NCBI GenBank assembly: GCA_964291495.2 | Contig: OZ219872.1 | Location: 608,001 to 672,000, forward strand | Source of the DNA: Dehalococcoidia bacterium | GTDB lineage: Bacteria; Chloroflexota; Dehalococcoidia; UBA2979 | Direction of reading: 5' to 3' | DNA: 64,000 nt | Part shown: piece by piece, positions 49,725 through 60,433 of the stretch | Numbering within the stretch: the stretch's first letter is position 1 | Layout: each line of letters starts with the position of its first letter | The notes under the pieces: model-generated | Database searches by the model: none | The model's input: the letters and a program-made list of their open reading frames with translations, nothing else | What the model was told of the DNA's origin: nothing | Program-made: the position numbers and the translations under genes

Positions 49725-51005
49725 ATGGACGCAGGAGCACTGGCGGGAATTCGCGTGCTGGAGTTCTCGCAGATCGTGGCCGGGCCATACCTCGGCTGCA
49801 TCCTCTCCGACCTCGGGGCGGAGGTGGTGAAGGTGGAGCGGCCGGGCGGCGACTTCCACCGCAACTGGGGCGCGGTCGTCCCCCACGAGGGCAAGCGCTT
49901 CCAGTCGCTCAACCGCGGCAAGCGCAGCATCGTCGTCGACATCGGCCGGCCGCAGGGCCGCGAGCTGATCCGCGAGCTCGTGCGCGGCTTCGACGTGGTG
50001 ACCAACAACTTCCGCGCGAACATCGCCGAGCGCCTCGGGATCGACTTCGAGACGCTGCGCGAGGCGCGGCCAGACCTCATCTACTGCCAGATCAGCGGCT
50101 GGGGCACGACCGGGCCGATGGCCGACCTCGGAGCAAACGACCCGGTGATCTGCGCCTACTCCGGGCTCACTGTCGGCGACGGCAAGGTAACCGCGGAGGG
50201 CGTACCGCAGACCGTCTCCTGCTCGGTGATCGCGGACCACGGCGCCGGCCTCGCGGCGGCGGTCGGCATCGTCTCCGCCCTCTACCACCGCGAGCGCACG
50301 GGCGAGGGTCAGCGCATCGACACGGCACTGCTGCAAGCCGCGCTCTCGATCCAGCCGACGCAGGTGATGCGCGAGCCCGTCGAGGACGCGACGTTCCGCG
50401 ATCCGATGGTGGAGCGCATCCGCGAGGCGCGCGCCGCCGGCCAGCCGTACCCCGCCGTCCTCGAGGCGCGGCGCAACTCGCGCCGCTCGGAAGCGGCCTG
50501 GCGCGGCTTCTCGCGCGCCTTCGCCACCAGCGACGGCGTCATCCAGCTCGGCGCGATCACGCCGCGCATCCGCGACACCGTGCGGCGCATGGTCGGCATC
50601 GAGGGCGACCGCAGCGACGACCCGGACTTCGACGTGGACGACCCCGCCAGCGAGGCGTTCAACGACTATCGCGAGCAGACGATCGCCGCCTACCTCGCGG
50701 CGCGCACCACGGTGGAGCTGATCGAGGAGTTCAGCGCGGCCGGCGTCCCGATCGCGCCCGTCCAGGCGCCCGAGGAGCTCTCCGACGATCCGCAGGTGCA
50801 GGCGGCCGGCTTCATGGCGCAGCTCGAGCATCCGCTGACGGGGCCGCAGCAGGTGATGGGGCCGGTGCTGGACATGAGCGGCACGCCGACGCGCGTGCAG
50901 GGGCCCGCGCCAATCCTCGGCGCGGACAGCAACGAGGTGCTGGCGGAGGCCGGCCTGACCGGCGCCGCGATCGAGTCGCTGCGCGCCGACGGCGTCATCG
51001 AGTAA
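49725..51005 (+). CDS. Family III CoA-transferase
   Basis: LAGIRVLEFSQIVAGP, NRGKRSIVVD, IADHGAG; GGAGG RBS. Confidence 0.9.
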   Translation: MDAGALAGIRVLEFSQIVAGPYLGCILSDLGAEVVKVERPGGDFHRNWGAVVPHEGKRFQSLNRGKRSIVVDIGRPQGRELIRELVRGFDVVTNNFRANIAERLGIDFETLREARPDLIYCQISGWGTTGPMADLGANDPVICAYSGLTVGDGKVTAEGVPQTVSCSVIADHGAGLAAAVGIVSALYHRERTGEGQRIDTALLQAALSIQPTQVMREPVEDATFRDPMVERIREARAAGQPYPAVLEARRNSRRSEAAWRGFSRAFATSDGVIQLGAITPRIRDTVRRMVGIEGDRSDDPDFDVDDPASEAFNDYREQTIAAYLAARTTVELIEEFSAAGVPIAPVQAPEELSDDPQVQAAGFMAQLEHPLTGPQQVMGPVLDMSGTPTRVQGPAPILGADSNEVLAEAGLTGAAIESLRADGVIE

Positions 51006-51019
51006 CGGGGGGCCGGACG

Positions 51020-51817
51020 ATGAGCGAGCAGGACATCGAGTACGAGCTGCGCGACCGGATCGCCTGGATCACGATCAACCGCCCGGAGCGGCGCAACGCG
51101 CTGACCAGGCACAACATGAGCGTCGACCTGCCGGACACGTGGCTGCGCTTCGAGGCCGACGAGGAGGCGCGCATCGCGATCATCAGCGGCGCCGGCGAGT
51201 TCGCCTTCTGCGCCGGGATGGACGTGAAGGAGCGCGCCGGGGCCTTCGAGCGCAGCGCCGACGGCGGCGCCTCCGAGCAGACCCGCGAGACGCGTGTCTC
51301 GCCTCGCGCGAATGGTGTCACGAAGCCCGTGATCGGCGCCGTCAACGGCGTCTGCACCGGCGTCGGCATGCAGATCGTCGCCGACTGCGACCTGCTGATC
51401 GCCTCGGAGGACGCCTGGTTCAGCGACGCCCGCACGAGCGTCGGGCTGGTGCCCGCGCTGGGCGCGGCGGAGCTGGCGCGGGCGATGCCGCCGCACGAGG
51501 CGCTGCGGCTGCTCTTCCTCGGGCGGCACGGGCGGATGACGGCGGAGCGCGCCTACCAGATCGGCTTCGTCGGCGAGCTGGTCCCGCCCGGCGAGCTGCA
51601 CGAGGCGGCCGAGCAACTGGCGCGCACCGTGCTGCGCAACGCGCCGCACGCCGTGCGGCTGGCGAAGCAGGCGGTCTGGGAGAGCCTCGATCGCGGCCTC
51701 GTCGACGGCATGGCGAACGCCCGCGCGATCGCCGCCGCCAACCCGACGCTCGAGGACGTGCGCGAGGGCGCGCGCGCCTTCGTCGAACGCCGTGATCCGG
51801 AGTGGAAGCTGCGCTGA
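51020..51817 (+). CDS. Enoyl-CoA hydratase/isomerase family
   Basis: INRPERRNAL, AFCAGMD, KPVIGAVNG, EGARAFVERR; real start ATG 51020 inside ORF 48212..51817. Confidence 0.88.
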   Translation: MSEQDIEYELRDRIAWITINRPERRNALTRHNMSVDLPDTWLRFEADEEARIAIISGAGEFAFCAGMDVKERAGAFERSADGGASEQTRETRVSPRANGVTKPVIGAVNGVCTGVGMQIVADCDLLIASEDAWFSDARTSVGLVPALGAAELARAMPPHEALRLLFLGRHGRMTAERAYQIGFVGELVPPGELHEAAEQLARTVLRNAPHAVRLAKQAVWESLDRGLVDGMANARAIAAANPTLEDVREGARAFVERRDPEWKLR

Positions 51818-51820
51818 GGT

Positions 51821-52099
51821 CTACGCGGCCGGGGCGGCCTCGCGGCGGGCGGCCGCGAGGGCGTCCTCTTCGTCCCACCGGGTGGCCGGGTCGATCGGCT
51901 CGGGGATCTCGTAGCCATGCTCGAGCTGGGACTCGATCCAGAGGCTCATCGCCTCGCTGAGGTTGCGGTTCGCCTCGTCAGGCGTGTCGCCCCCGCTGAA
52001 GCACCCTTCGAGTTCGAGCACGCGCGCGGACCAGCCGCCATTCTCGTCCGACTCGAGGATGCGGGTGTACGGCCGCTGCATGTAGTCGTCGACGTTCAT
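51821..52099 (-). CDS. hicB: HicB-family antitoxin (short, no DNA-binding domain)
   Basis: ELEGCFSGGDTPDEA..L.EA..LWIE...IPEP. Confidence 0.85.
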   Translation of the reverse strand: MNVDDYMQRPYTRILESDENGGWSARVLELEGCFSGGDTPDEANRNLSEAMSLWIESQLEHGYEIPEPIDPATRWDEEDALAAARREAAPAA

Positions 52100-52100
52100 G

Positions 52101-52331
52101 TCAGCCCTCCAACTCCCGGATCAGTTGGTTGATGATATCGCGCGTCGTGCCCACTTGGAGGTCATTCTGCACGACCAGCGGCCGGCGCGCCCCGGCCTTG
52201 CGGTAGATGTGGTGGCCTCCGCGGGTGCGGGCGAGGGTCCAACCCTGTTCCTCGACGAGGGCCGCGACCTCGCGAAACCGCATGTTCGCGGCCCGCTGGC
52301 GAAGCGCCTTCAGTTCCGCCGCCGTCCGCAT
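52101..52331 (-). CDS. hicA: HicA-family toxin
   Basis: GWTLARTRGGHHIYRK; immediately upstream of hicB. Confidence 0.82.
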   Translation of the reverse strand: MRTAAELKALRQRAANMRFREVAALVEEQGWTLARTRGGHHIYRKAGARRPLVVQNDLQVGTTRDIINQLIRELEG

Positions 52332-52373
52332 CGGCTCCTCCCGGCCCGCCCTCGGATCGCGTCCGCCTGAGCG

Positions 52374-53462
52374 CTACGCCTCGCCGAGGTGGTCGAGCAG
52401 GGCGTCCTCCCAGCGGAAGTCGAACTCGCGGGTCTCGTGCAGGCCCTCGCGGCGGTACCACTCGTAGGTGTGCTCGACGGCGCGCGGGAACGTGTACTCC
52501 GGCTCGAAGCCGACGTCGCGGCGCAGCCTGTCGATGCTGAAGACCGTGCTCTGGTTCCAGCGGTGGATGTACGGGGCGAGGCGCTGGATCATCTGCTGCA
52601 GGAAGCGCAGGTTCTGGTGCGCGTCGGGGGTGCTCGTGCTCGCCGTGCGGATGTTGCGGTAGCTCGCCACGTCCTTCACGTCGAGGATCAGCTCGTCGTC
52701 GTAGAGCTGGTCCATGACCGCGGGTGGGATGAAGACCTTGCGAGCCTCGACGCCGGTGATCTCGGCGAAGGTGTCGACGTAGCCCTCGTCCGTCCAGGAG
52801 TCGCGGCCGGTGAGGTTGTAGCGCTTGCCGTAGGTGATCGGGCGCTGCATCAGCATGCGCAGCGCGCGCGCCTCGTCGTCGACGTGGCCGATCTGGCTGA
52901 CGGTCGAGCCGTCGCCCGGGATCAGCACCGGGCGGCCGGCGAGCAGGCGGCTGAACATACGCTGCTCGCGCTCCGGGATGATGTTGTTCGGCCCGAACAC
53001 CATCGAGAACGGCACGATCGTCGCGGGGAAGCCGTTGCGGCGGTGTTCGTCCAGCAGCATCGCCTCGCACTCCAGCTTGTCGAGGCCGTACTGGCCCTGT
53101 TTCGAGGAACGGTCGACGGGGAAGTCCTCGGTGATCGGGAGCACGCTGCTGGTCGCGTAGATCACCGTCGAGCTGGCGAAGACGTAGTGCCCGGTGCGGC
53201 CGCGGAAGATCTCGATCATCCCGCGCACATCGTCCGGCGTGTAGGCGGAGATGTCGTAGATGCAGTCGAAGTCCTCGTCGGCGAAGACCTCGGCCATGCC
53301 GGCGTGGTCCGTACGGTCGCCGAGCAGCCTGCGCACGCCGAGCGGGATCTCCGCCTCGGTGCGGCCGCGGTTGAAGATCGTGACCTCGTGGCCGTGCCGG
53401 GCCAGCTCGCGGACGAGCGCGAGCCCGTTGAAGCGCGTGCCGCCCATGACCAGAACCCTCAT
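52374..53462 (-). CDS. NAD-dependent epimerase/dehydratase family
   Basis: VLVMGGTRFNG, NRG, YGLDK (YxxxK). Confidence 0.88.
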   Translation of the reverse strand: MRVLVMGGTRFNGLALVRELARHGHEVTIFNRGRTEAEIPLGVRRLLGDRTDHAGMAEVFADEDFDCIYDISAYTPDDVRGMIEIFRGRTGHYVFASSTVIYATSSVLPITEDFPVDRSSKQGQYGLDKLECEAMLLDEHRRNGFPATIVPFSMVFGPNNIIPEREQRMFSRLLAGRPVLIPGDGSTVSQIGHVDDEARALRMLMQRPITYGKRYNLTGRDSWTDEGYVDTFAEITGVEARKVFIPPAVMDQLYDDELILDVKDVASYRNIRTASTSTPDAHQNLRFLQQMIQRLAPYIHRWNQSTVFSIDRLRRDVGFEPEYTFPRAVEHTYEWYRREGLHETREFDFRWEDALLDHLGEA

Positions 53463-53570
53463 CGCCCGCCCCTTCCGGCTACCTCCCGCGCGGCGCGCCG
53501 CACGCTACCACGGACGGCGGGCGGGGGCGCGGCGGGTGTACGCTCGCATCGAGGCGAGGGGAGGCCCGCT

Positions 53571-54611
53571 GTGAGCTCGCGCGCGGTGAACCTCACGATC
53601 CTCGCCCTGCTGCTGCTCGAGCTGGCGTCCGGGCTCGGCAGCTTCCTCGTCGGCAGGCCCGAGGGCGCCTGGGTCTTCTGGCTGCACGGCGTCGGCGGGC
53701 TCTCGCTGGTCGCCCTGCTGACCTGGAAGTGGCGGATCGTGATGCGCTCGTTCGCGCGGCGCGGGGCCGGGCCGTGGTCGATCGCGCCCGCGGCGCTGGG
53801 CGTGCTGTTCCTCGGCACGCTCGCGACGGGCATCTGGTGGGCCGTGGTCGGCCGGGGCAGCCTGCCCGTGCCGTTCTACGGCGATATGCGCCCGCTGGTG
53901 CTGCACGCGATTCTCGCCTTCCTGCTCGTGCCGCCGTTCGCCCTCCACGCCGCGCTGCGCTGGCCGCGCGTGCGGCACACGGACTTCACCAGCCGCCGCG
54001 CCGCGCTGCGCCTGCTCGCCGTCGGCGCGGGCGGCTTCGTGCTCTGGCGCGGCCTCGCCGCCGCCTCGACGGTCTCCGCCGGCCCCGACCGCCGCTTCAC
54101 CGGCTCACGCGAGGAGGCGAGCTTCGAGGGCAACGCGCATCCGGTGACCAACTGGCTCAGCGACTCGCGCCAGCGCATCGCCGCCGACGCCTGGCGGCTG
54201 GAGGTGCGCGGCGCGGTCTCCGAGCCGTACGTGCTCGGCTACCGTGAGCTGGGCGAGCTGCCGCGGCAGACGCTGCGCGCCACGCTGGACTGCACCGGCG
54301 GCTGGTACACCCGGCAGGACTGGAGCGGCGTCCCGCTGTCCTCGCTGCTTGCGAGGGCGGGAGTCGGCGAGGAGGCACGGAGCGTCCGGGCGGTTTCCGC
54401 CACCGGCTACAGCAGGCGCTTCGGCCTCGGCGAGGCGGAGGGGCTGCTGCTGGCGACGCACGTGGGCGGCGATCGGCTCAGCCAGGGACATGGCTTCCCC
54501 GTGCGGCTGGTCGCCCCGGGGCGGCGCGGCTATCACTGGGTGAAGTGGGTCGAGCGCATCGAGGTGAGCGAGCGTCCTGCCTGGTGGCAGCCGCCGCTGC
54601 CGCTGCAGTAG
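53571..54611 (+). CDS. Membrane-anchored sulfite-oxidase-family molybdopterin oxidoreductase
   Basis: N-terminal TM helices with His; LDCTGGW, WSGV, HGFPVRLVAPGRRGYHWVKWV; GTG 53571. Confidence 0.85.
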   Translation: MSSRAVNLTILALLLLELASGLGSFLVGRPEGAWVFWLHGVGGLSLVALLTWKWRIVMRSFARRGAGPWSIAPAALGVLFLGTLATGIWWAVVGRGSLPVPFYGDMRPLVLHAILAFLLVPPFALHAALRWPRVRHTDFTSRRAALRLLAVGAGGFVLWRGLAAASTVSAGPDRRFTGSREEASFEGNAHPVTNWLSDSRQRIAADAWRLEVRGAVSEPYVLGYRELGELPRQTLRATLDCTGGWYTRQDWSGVPLSSLLARAGVGEEARSVRAVSATGYSRRFGLGEAEGLLLATHVGGDRLSQGHGFPVRLVAPGRRGYHWVKWVERIEVSERPAWWQPPLPLQ

Positions 54612-54628
54612 TGGCGAGGAGGGCACGC

Positions 54629-55066
54629 ATGCACGCCGCACGCAGCCGCGCGGCCCTCTCCCGCGCCGCCCTCACCCTTGCTGCGCTGACCCTCGCCGGC
54701 CTCGTGCTGCTGCTTACCGCCTGCGGCGATGGAGGAGAGCAGGCGGCACGCGACCGCGACGGCGGCTCGGAGGCGAGCAGCGCGGAGCTGGCGGAGCTGG
54801 AGTTGGCGCTCGCCACGCTCAATGCCCGCATCACTCGCCTCGAGAGCGCCGTCGAGGAGCTGACGCGCCTCCTCGGGGGCGACACCGCGCTGCTCGGCGA
54901 TCTGCCCGAGCTGCTGGAGGAGCTGCGACTGAGCAGCGCCCTGTTCGAGGTGGCATTCCGCCGCCTCGACGCCCTCGAATCGACCGAGTCGGACGAGGAT
55001 CCCTGCGAGGCGATCGGCTACGCCTTCTGCCCGGAAGATCCTCAGCGCCTCCCCTACGCGCAGTAG
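54629..55066 (+). CDS. Hypothetical lipoprotein with coiled coil
   Basis: GAGGAG RBS, lipobox LLTAC, heptad-rich core. Confidence 0.65.
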   Translation: MHAARSRAALSRAALTLAALTLAGLVLLLTACGDGGEQAARDRDGGSEASSAELAELELALATLNARITRLESAVEELTRLLGGDTALLGDLPELLEELRLSSALFEVAFRRLDALESTESDEDPCEAIGYAFCPEDPQRLPYAQ

Positions 55067-55116
55067 CCGACCCGTCTCCGGCGGCCCCTTACGCGGCCCG
55101 CGGCTAGACTCGACGC

Positions 55117-56033
<917 letters not shown>

Positions 56034-56037
<4 letters not shown>

Positions 56038-56810
56038 CGGGCGCGCGGCTGCTGATCCGCCAGCTCCGCTACGAGCAGCTGGCCTTCAGACGCAATCCGG
56101 CGGCGGCCTTCTTCACGTTCTTCTTCCCGCTGATCTTCCTCGTGATCTTCAACCTGATCTTCGGCAACGAGCCGATCGACGTCGAAGGCGGCACGACCAA
56201 CACCTCGACCTTCTACATCCCGGCGATCGCCGCGTTCAGCGTGATCAACGCCTGCTATACGGGGCTCGCCGTCTCGATCTCGTTTGCGCGCGACCAGGGG
56301 CAGCTCAAGCGCATCGCCGGCACGCCGCTGCCGAAGGCCGCCTACCTCGGCGCGAAGGTGCTGTTCATGACGGTGGTCGGGATGCTGCTGGTCGTCGTCG
56401 TGACGGCGTTCGGCCTCGTCTTCTACGGCGTCGACGTGCCGAGCGGCACGTTGCCCGCGTTCCTGCTCTCGCTCGTCGTCGGCGCGGCCGCATTCGCGGC
56501 GCTCGGGCTCGCGACGACGGCCTTCATCCCCAACAGCGAGGCCGCCCCGGCCGTCGTCAACGCGATCATCCTGCCGCTGCTCTTCATCTCGGACGTCTTC
56601 ATCCCGCTGCGCGACAACGCCCCGATCTGGCTCGGCCTGGCCGGGGACGTGTTCCCCGTGAAGCACCTCTCGATCGCGCTCCAGACCGCGTTCAACCCGT
56701 TCGAGCAGGGAGCCGGCCTGGAGCTCGGGAACCTCGCGGTGATCGCGGCGTGGGGAATCGCGGGCGCGATCGTGGCCGTGCGCCGCTTCCGCTGGGAGCC
56801 CTCGCGCTAG
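56034..56810 (+). CDS. ABC-2 type exporter permease
   Basis: 6 TM, ATGA overlap with ATPase gene, ends RRFRWE. Confidence 0.9.
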
Positions 56811-56864
56811 CCGCTACACTGTGCCCGCGCGGCGGGAGCACGCCGAGCGCGAGGGGGGTGAACG

Positions 56865-57275
56865 ATGGCGACACCGGACGAACTGCGGGAACAGATCGCG
56901 GAGGGGCGCGCTGCCTTCCGGGCCGCCCTCGAGGGCGCCGCCGAGGGCTGGGAGGACCGCCCCGAGGGCGACGAGTGGACACGGCGCGAGACCGCCGAGC
57001 ACGCGATCAACATCGACTATGTCTTCGCGTCGTGGGGTGAGCGTCTCAGGGGAGTGGAACTGACCTACACCGAGAGCCCCGAGCTGTCGCTGGCCGGCGC
57101 CGCCGAAGCCCTCGAGGCGTTCGCCGCCTCCAGCGCACACTCGGACGCCGCCTGGGCGGAGGTGACGGCGGAGCAGCTGGCGGGCGAGATCCGCGAGGGC
57201 ATCGGCGGCGAGTACGGCATGAACCTCGTCGGCGCGCACCTGCACGACCACGCGAACCAGATCTCCCGGAGTTAG
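56865..57275 (+). CDS. DinB/YfiT superfamily protein
   Basis: EWTRRETAEH...HLHDHANQI (three-His pattern). Confidence 0.7.
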   Translation: MATPDELREQIAEGRAAFRAALEGAAEGWEDRPEGDEWTRRETAEHAINIDYVFASWGERLRGVELTYTESPELSLAGAAEALEAFAASSAHSDAAWAEVTAEQLAGEIREGIGGEYGMNLVGAHLHDHANQISRS

Positions 57276-57388
57276 GCGACCGGGGCCCGCTGGCGCTCGT
57301 TCCGCGATCGCCCGCTACCATGGCGGCGGCGCGGCGCGGGAACCCGCGCGCCCGACCGGTACGGACGGATTGGTAGAGGAGCAGGCGT

Positions 57389-58600
57389 ATGCGCGAGGCC
57401 GTGATCTGTAACCCGCTGCGAACCCCCGTGGGGCGCTACGGCGGCGTCTTCCGCGACATCGATGTGACGACGCTGGCCGCGACGGTGATCGAGGCGCTGC
57501 TCGAGCGCACCGAGCTCGACCCAGCGGAGATCGACGACGTGGTGTTCGGGCAGTGCTACCCGAGCGGCGAGGCGCCGGCGGTGGGCCGCGTCGCGGCGCT
57601 GCACGCCGGGCTGCCCGTCGAGACGCCCGGCCTGCAGCTCGACCGCCGCTGCGGCTCCGGCCTGCAAGCGATCTGCTACGCCGCGATGCAGGTCCAGACC
57701 GGCGTCTCCGACGTCGTCCTCGCGGGCGGCGCGGAGAGCATGAGCACCGTTGAGTTCTACTCGAGCGCGCCGCGCTGGGGCCCCAACAACGGCGCGATCG
57801 AGCTGCACGACCGCCTCGCGCGGGCGCGCGTGACCGCGGGCAGCTTCCGCCACCCGGTGCCCGGCGGCATGATCGAGACCGCCGAGAACGTGCGCCGCGA
57901 GTACGGCATCCCGCGCGAGGAGCAGGACGCCCTCGCGCTGCGCTCGCACCAGCGTGCCGTCGCCGCGCAGGACGAGGGCCGCTTCGAGGCCGAGATCGTC
58001 CCCGTCGCCGTTCCGCAGCGCCGCGGCGACCCGGTGATCGTCGACACGGACGAGCACCCGAGGCGCGACACCTCGCTGGAGTCGCTCGCGCGACTGCGGG
58101 CGGTCTACTCCGCCGACGACCCCGAGTCGACGGTGACGGCGGGCAACGCGAGCGGCCAGAACGACGCCGCCGCGGTTTGCATCGTGACCACGCCGGAGCG
58201 GGCCGCCGACCTCGGCCTCAAGGCGATGGGCAAGCTGCGAGGCTGGTCCGTCGCGGGCGTGCCTCCGAAGCTGATGGGCATGGGCCCCGTCCCGGCCGCG
58301 AAGAAGGCTTTCGACCAGGTCGGCATGGACTTCGGCGACATGGATCTGATCGAGCTGAACGAGGCGTTCGCCGCCCAGGTGCTCGGCGTCACGCGCGAGT
58401 GGGGGCTGAGCGACTCCGACTGGGACCGCGTCAACGTCAACGGCTCCGGCATCTCGATCGGCCACCCCGTCGGCGCGACCGGCGTGCGGATCATGGCGAC
58501 GCTGCTGCACGAGATGGAGCGCAACGACGCCGAGATCGGCCTCGAGACGATGTGCATCGGCGGCGGCCAGGGCATGGCGGCCGTGATCGAGCGCTGCTAG
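57389..58600 (+). CDS. Acetyl-CoA C-acyltransferase (thiolase)
   Basis: RRCGSG, NEAF, GHPVGATG, MCIGGG. Confidence 0.93.
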   Translation: MREAVICNPLRTPVGRYGGVFRDIDVTTLAATVIEALLERTELDPAEIDDVVFGQCYPSGEAPAVGRVAALHAGLPVETPGLQLDRRCGSGLQAICYAAMQVQTGVSDVVLAGGAESMSTVEFYSSAPRWGPNNGAIELHDRLARARVTAGSFRHPVPGGMIETAENVRREYGIPREEQDALALRSHQRAVAAQDEGRFEAEIVPVAVPQRRGDPVIVDTDEHPRRDTSLESLARLRAVYSADDPESTVTAGNASGQNDAAAVCIVTTPERAADLGLKAMGKLRGWSVAGVPPKLMGMGPVPAAKKAFDQVGMDFGDMDLIELNEAFAAQVLGVTREWGLSDSDWDRVNVNGSGISIGHPVGATGVRIMATLLHEMERNDAEIGLETMCIGGGQGMAAVIERC

Positions 58601-58604
58601 CGCG

Positions 58605-59843
58605 ATGGCCGTCGAACAGGTCGCAATCTTCGGCGCCGGAACGATGGGCGCCGGCATCGCCCAGGTGGCGGTGACGCACGGTTGCACCGTGCGGCTGATC
58701 GACACGCAGCCCGGCGCCGTCGCGCGCGCCCGCGAGTCCGTGGGCGCGCGCCTCCAGCGTCAGGTCGACCGCGGCGCGATGTCCGCCGAGGAGCACGCCG
58801 CCGTCCTCGGACGCCTCGTCGAGGGCTCCCTCGACGACCTCGAGGGCGTCGAGCTGGTCGTCGAGGCGGTGATCGAGGACCTCGAGGCCAAGCAGGCGCT
58901 GTTCGCGCAGCTCGACGCGGCCGCGCCCGCCGACGCGGTGCTGGCGACCAACACCTCGTCGCTCGCCGTCGGCGAGATCGCCAGTCCGCTGCGCAACCCC
59001 TCGCGCGTGGTCGGGATGCACTTCTTCAACCCCGCGCCGGTGATGGCTCTGGTTGAGGTCGTGGCCGCCGAGGCGACGAGCGACGCCGCCGCCGACCTCG
59101 TGGCGGAGACGGCGAGCGCGTGGGGCAAGGTGCCCGCACGCACCGCCGACGCGCCCGGCTTCATCGTCAACCGCGTCGCCCGCAGCTCCTACGTCGAGGC
59201 CTTCCGCATGCTCGACGAGGGCGTCGGCGGACCCGACACGATCGACGGCGCGATGCGCAAGCTCGGGCAGTTCCGCATGGGCCCGATGCAGGTCGCCGAC
59301 CTCGTCGGGCTCGAGGTCAACTACGCGGTCACGGTCTCCGTCTTCGAGCGCTCCGGCCAGCCCGCCCGCTTCGAGCCGCCGGCCGCCCAGGCGCGGCTCG
59401 TCGAGGGTGGCGAGCTGGGCCGCAAGACCGGCAGCGGCGTCTACGACTATGGCAGCGACCCGCCGGGCGAGAACGCCGGCGGCGAGGGCTCGCCGCTCGC
59501 GCTGTCGCCGGAGCTCGCGTCGGCAGTCGACGCCTTCGCCGAGGCGGCGGCGCTGTGCGACCCCGAGGAGCTCGCGCAGGCCAGCGCGGCAGAGCGCTAC
59601 GCTTTCGCGCGCATCCTGGGCTCGGTGCTGAACGAGGCGGCGCGCGCCCTCGGCGATGGGGCCGCCAGCAGCGAGGACATCGACGCCGCGATGCAGCACG
59701 CGACGAACTACCCGCGCGGCCCGGTGACGTGGGGGCAAGAGGTCGGCTACGCCACGCTGGCGCGGCTGCTCTCCGCCCTCGACGCCACCCGCGAGGACGA
59801 CAGCTACGCGCCCGCGCCGCTGATCGCGGAGGCGGGCGAGTAG
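58605..59843 (+). CDS. 3-hydroxyacyl-CoA dehydrogenase (PaaH-like, duplicated C-terminal domain)
   Basis: GAGTMGAG, EAVIE, TNTSS, HFFNP, PGFIVNR, NYPRGP. Confidence 0.9.
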   Translation: MAVEQVAIFGAGTMGAGIAQVAVTHGCTVRLIDTQPGAVARARESVGARLQRQVDRGAMSAEEHAAVLGRLVEGSLDDLEGVELVVEAVIEDLEAKQALFAQLDAAAPADAVLATNTSSLAVGEIASPLRNPSRVVGMHFFNPAPVMALVEVVAAEATSDAAADLVAETASAWGKVPARTADAPGFIVNRVARSSYVEAFRMLDEGVGGPDTIDGAMRKLGQFRMGPMQVADLVGLEVNYAVTVSVFERSGQPARFEPPAAQARLVEGGELGRKTGSGVYDYGSDPPGENAGGEGSPLALSPELASAVDAFAEAAALCDPEELAQASAAERYAFARILGSVLNEAARALGDGAASSEDIDAAMQHATNYPRGPVTWGQEVGYATLARLLSALDATREDDSYAPAPLIAEAGE

Positions 59844-59851
59844 GAGCGCGC

Positions 59852-60424
59852 GTGTCCGACGGCCGCACCCGCTGCGAGTGGGCGGCGGGCGGCGACGCGC
59901 TGATGCGCGACTACCACGACCGCGAGTGGGGCGTGCCCGTCCACGACGACCGTACCCACTTCGAGTTCCTGATCCTCGAGGGCGCGCAGGCAGGCCTGAG
60001 CTGGCGCACCGTACTCGCACGCCGCGAGGGCTACCGCGCCGCCTTCGCCGGCTTCGACCCGGAGGCCGTCGCGCGCTTCGGCGATGCGGATCGCGAGCGC
60101 CTGCTCGGGGACGCCGGGATCATCCGCAACCGCGCGAAGATCGCCTCGGCCGTGCGCAACGCGGCCGCCTTCCTCGAGGTGCGGGCCGAGCACGGCTCAT
60201 TCGACGCGTACGTGTGGGCGTTCGTCGGCGGGGCGCCCCGGCGCGGCGCCTCCGCGTCGCTCGCAGAGCTGCCGGCGGAGACGGAGCAGTCGAGGGCGCT
60301 GAGCAGCGACCTGCGCGCGCGGGGCTTCAACTTCGTCGGGCCGACGATCTGCTACGCCTACATGCAGGCGGCCGGCCTCGTGAACGACCACGTGACCGGC
60401 TGCTTCCGCTACGACGAGGTCTGA
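59852..60424 (+). CDS. tag: DNA-3-methyladenine glycosylase I
   Basis: RCEW, YHDREWG, LEGAQAGLSW, IIRNRAKI, FVGPT, NDHVTGC; GTG 59852. Confidence 0.92.
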   Translation: MSDGRTRCEWAAGGDALMRDYHDREWGVPVHDDRTHFEFLILEGAQAGLSWRTVLARREGYRAAFAGFDPEAVARFGDADRERLLGDAGIIRNRAKIASAVRNAAAFLEVRAEHGSFDAYVWAFVGGAPRRGASASLAELPAETEQSRALSSDLRARGFNFVGPTICYAYMQAAGLVNDHVTGCFRYDEV

Positions 60425-60433
60425 GCGGCTCCG

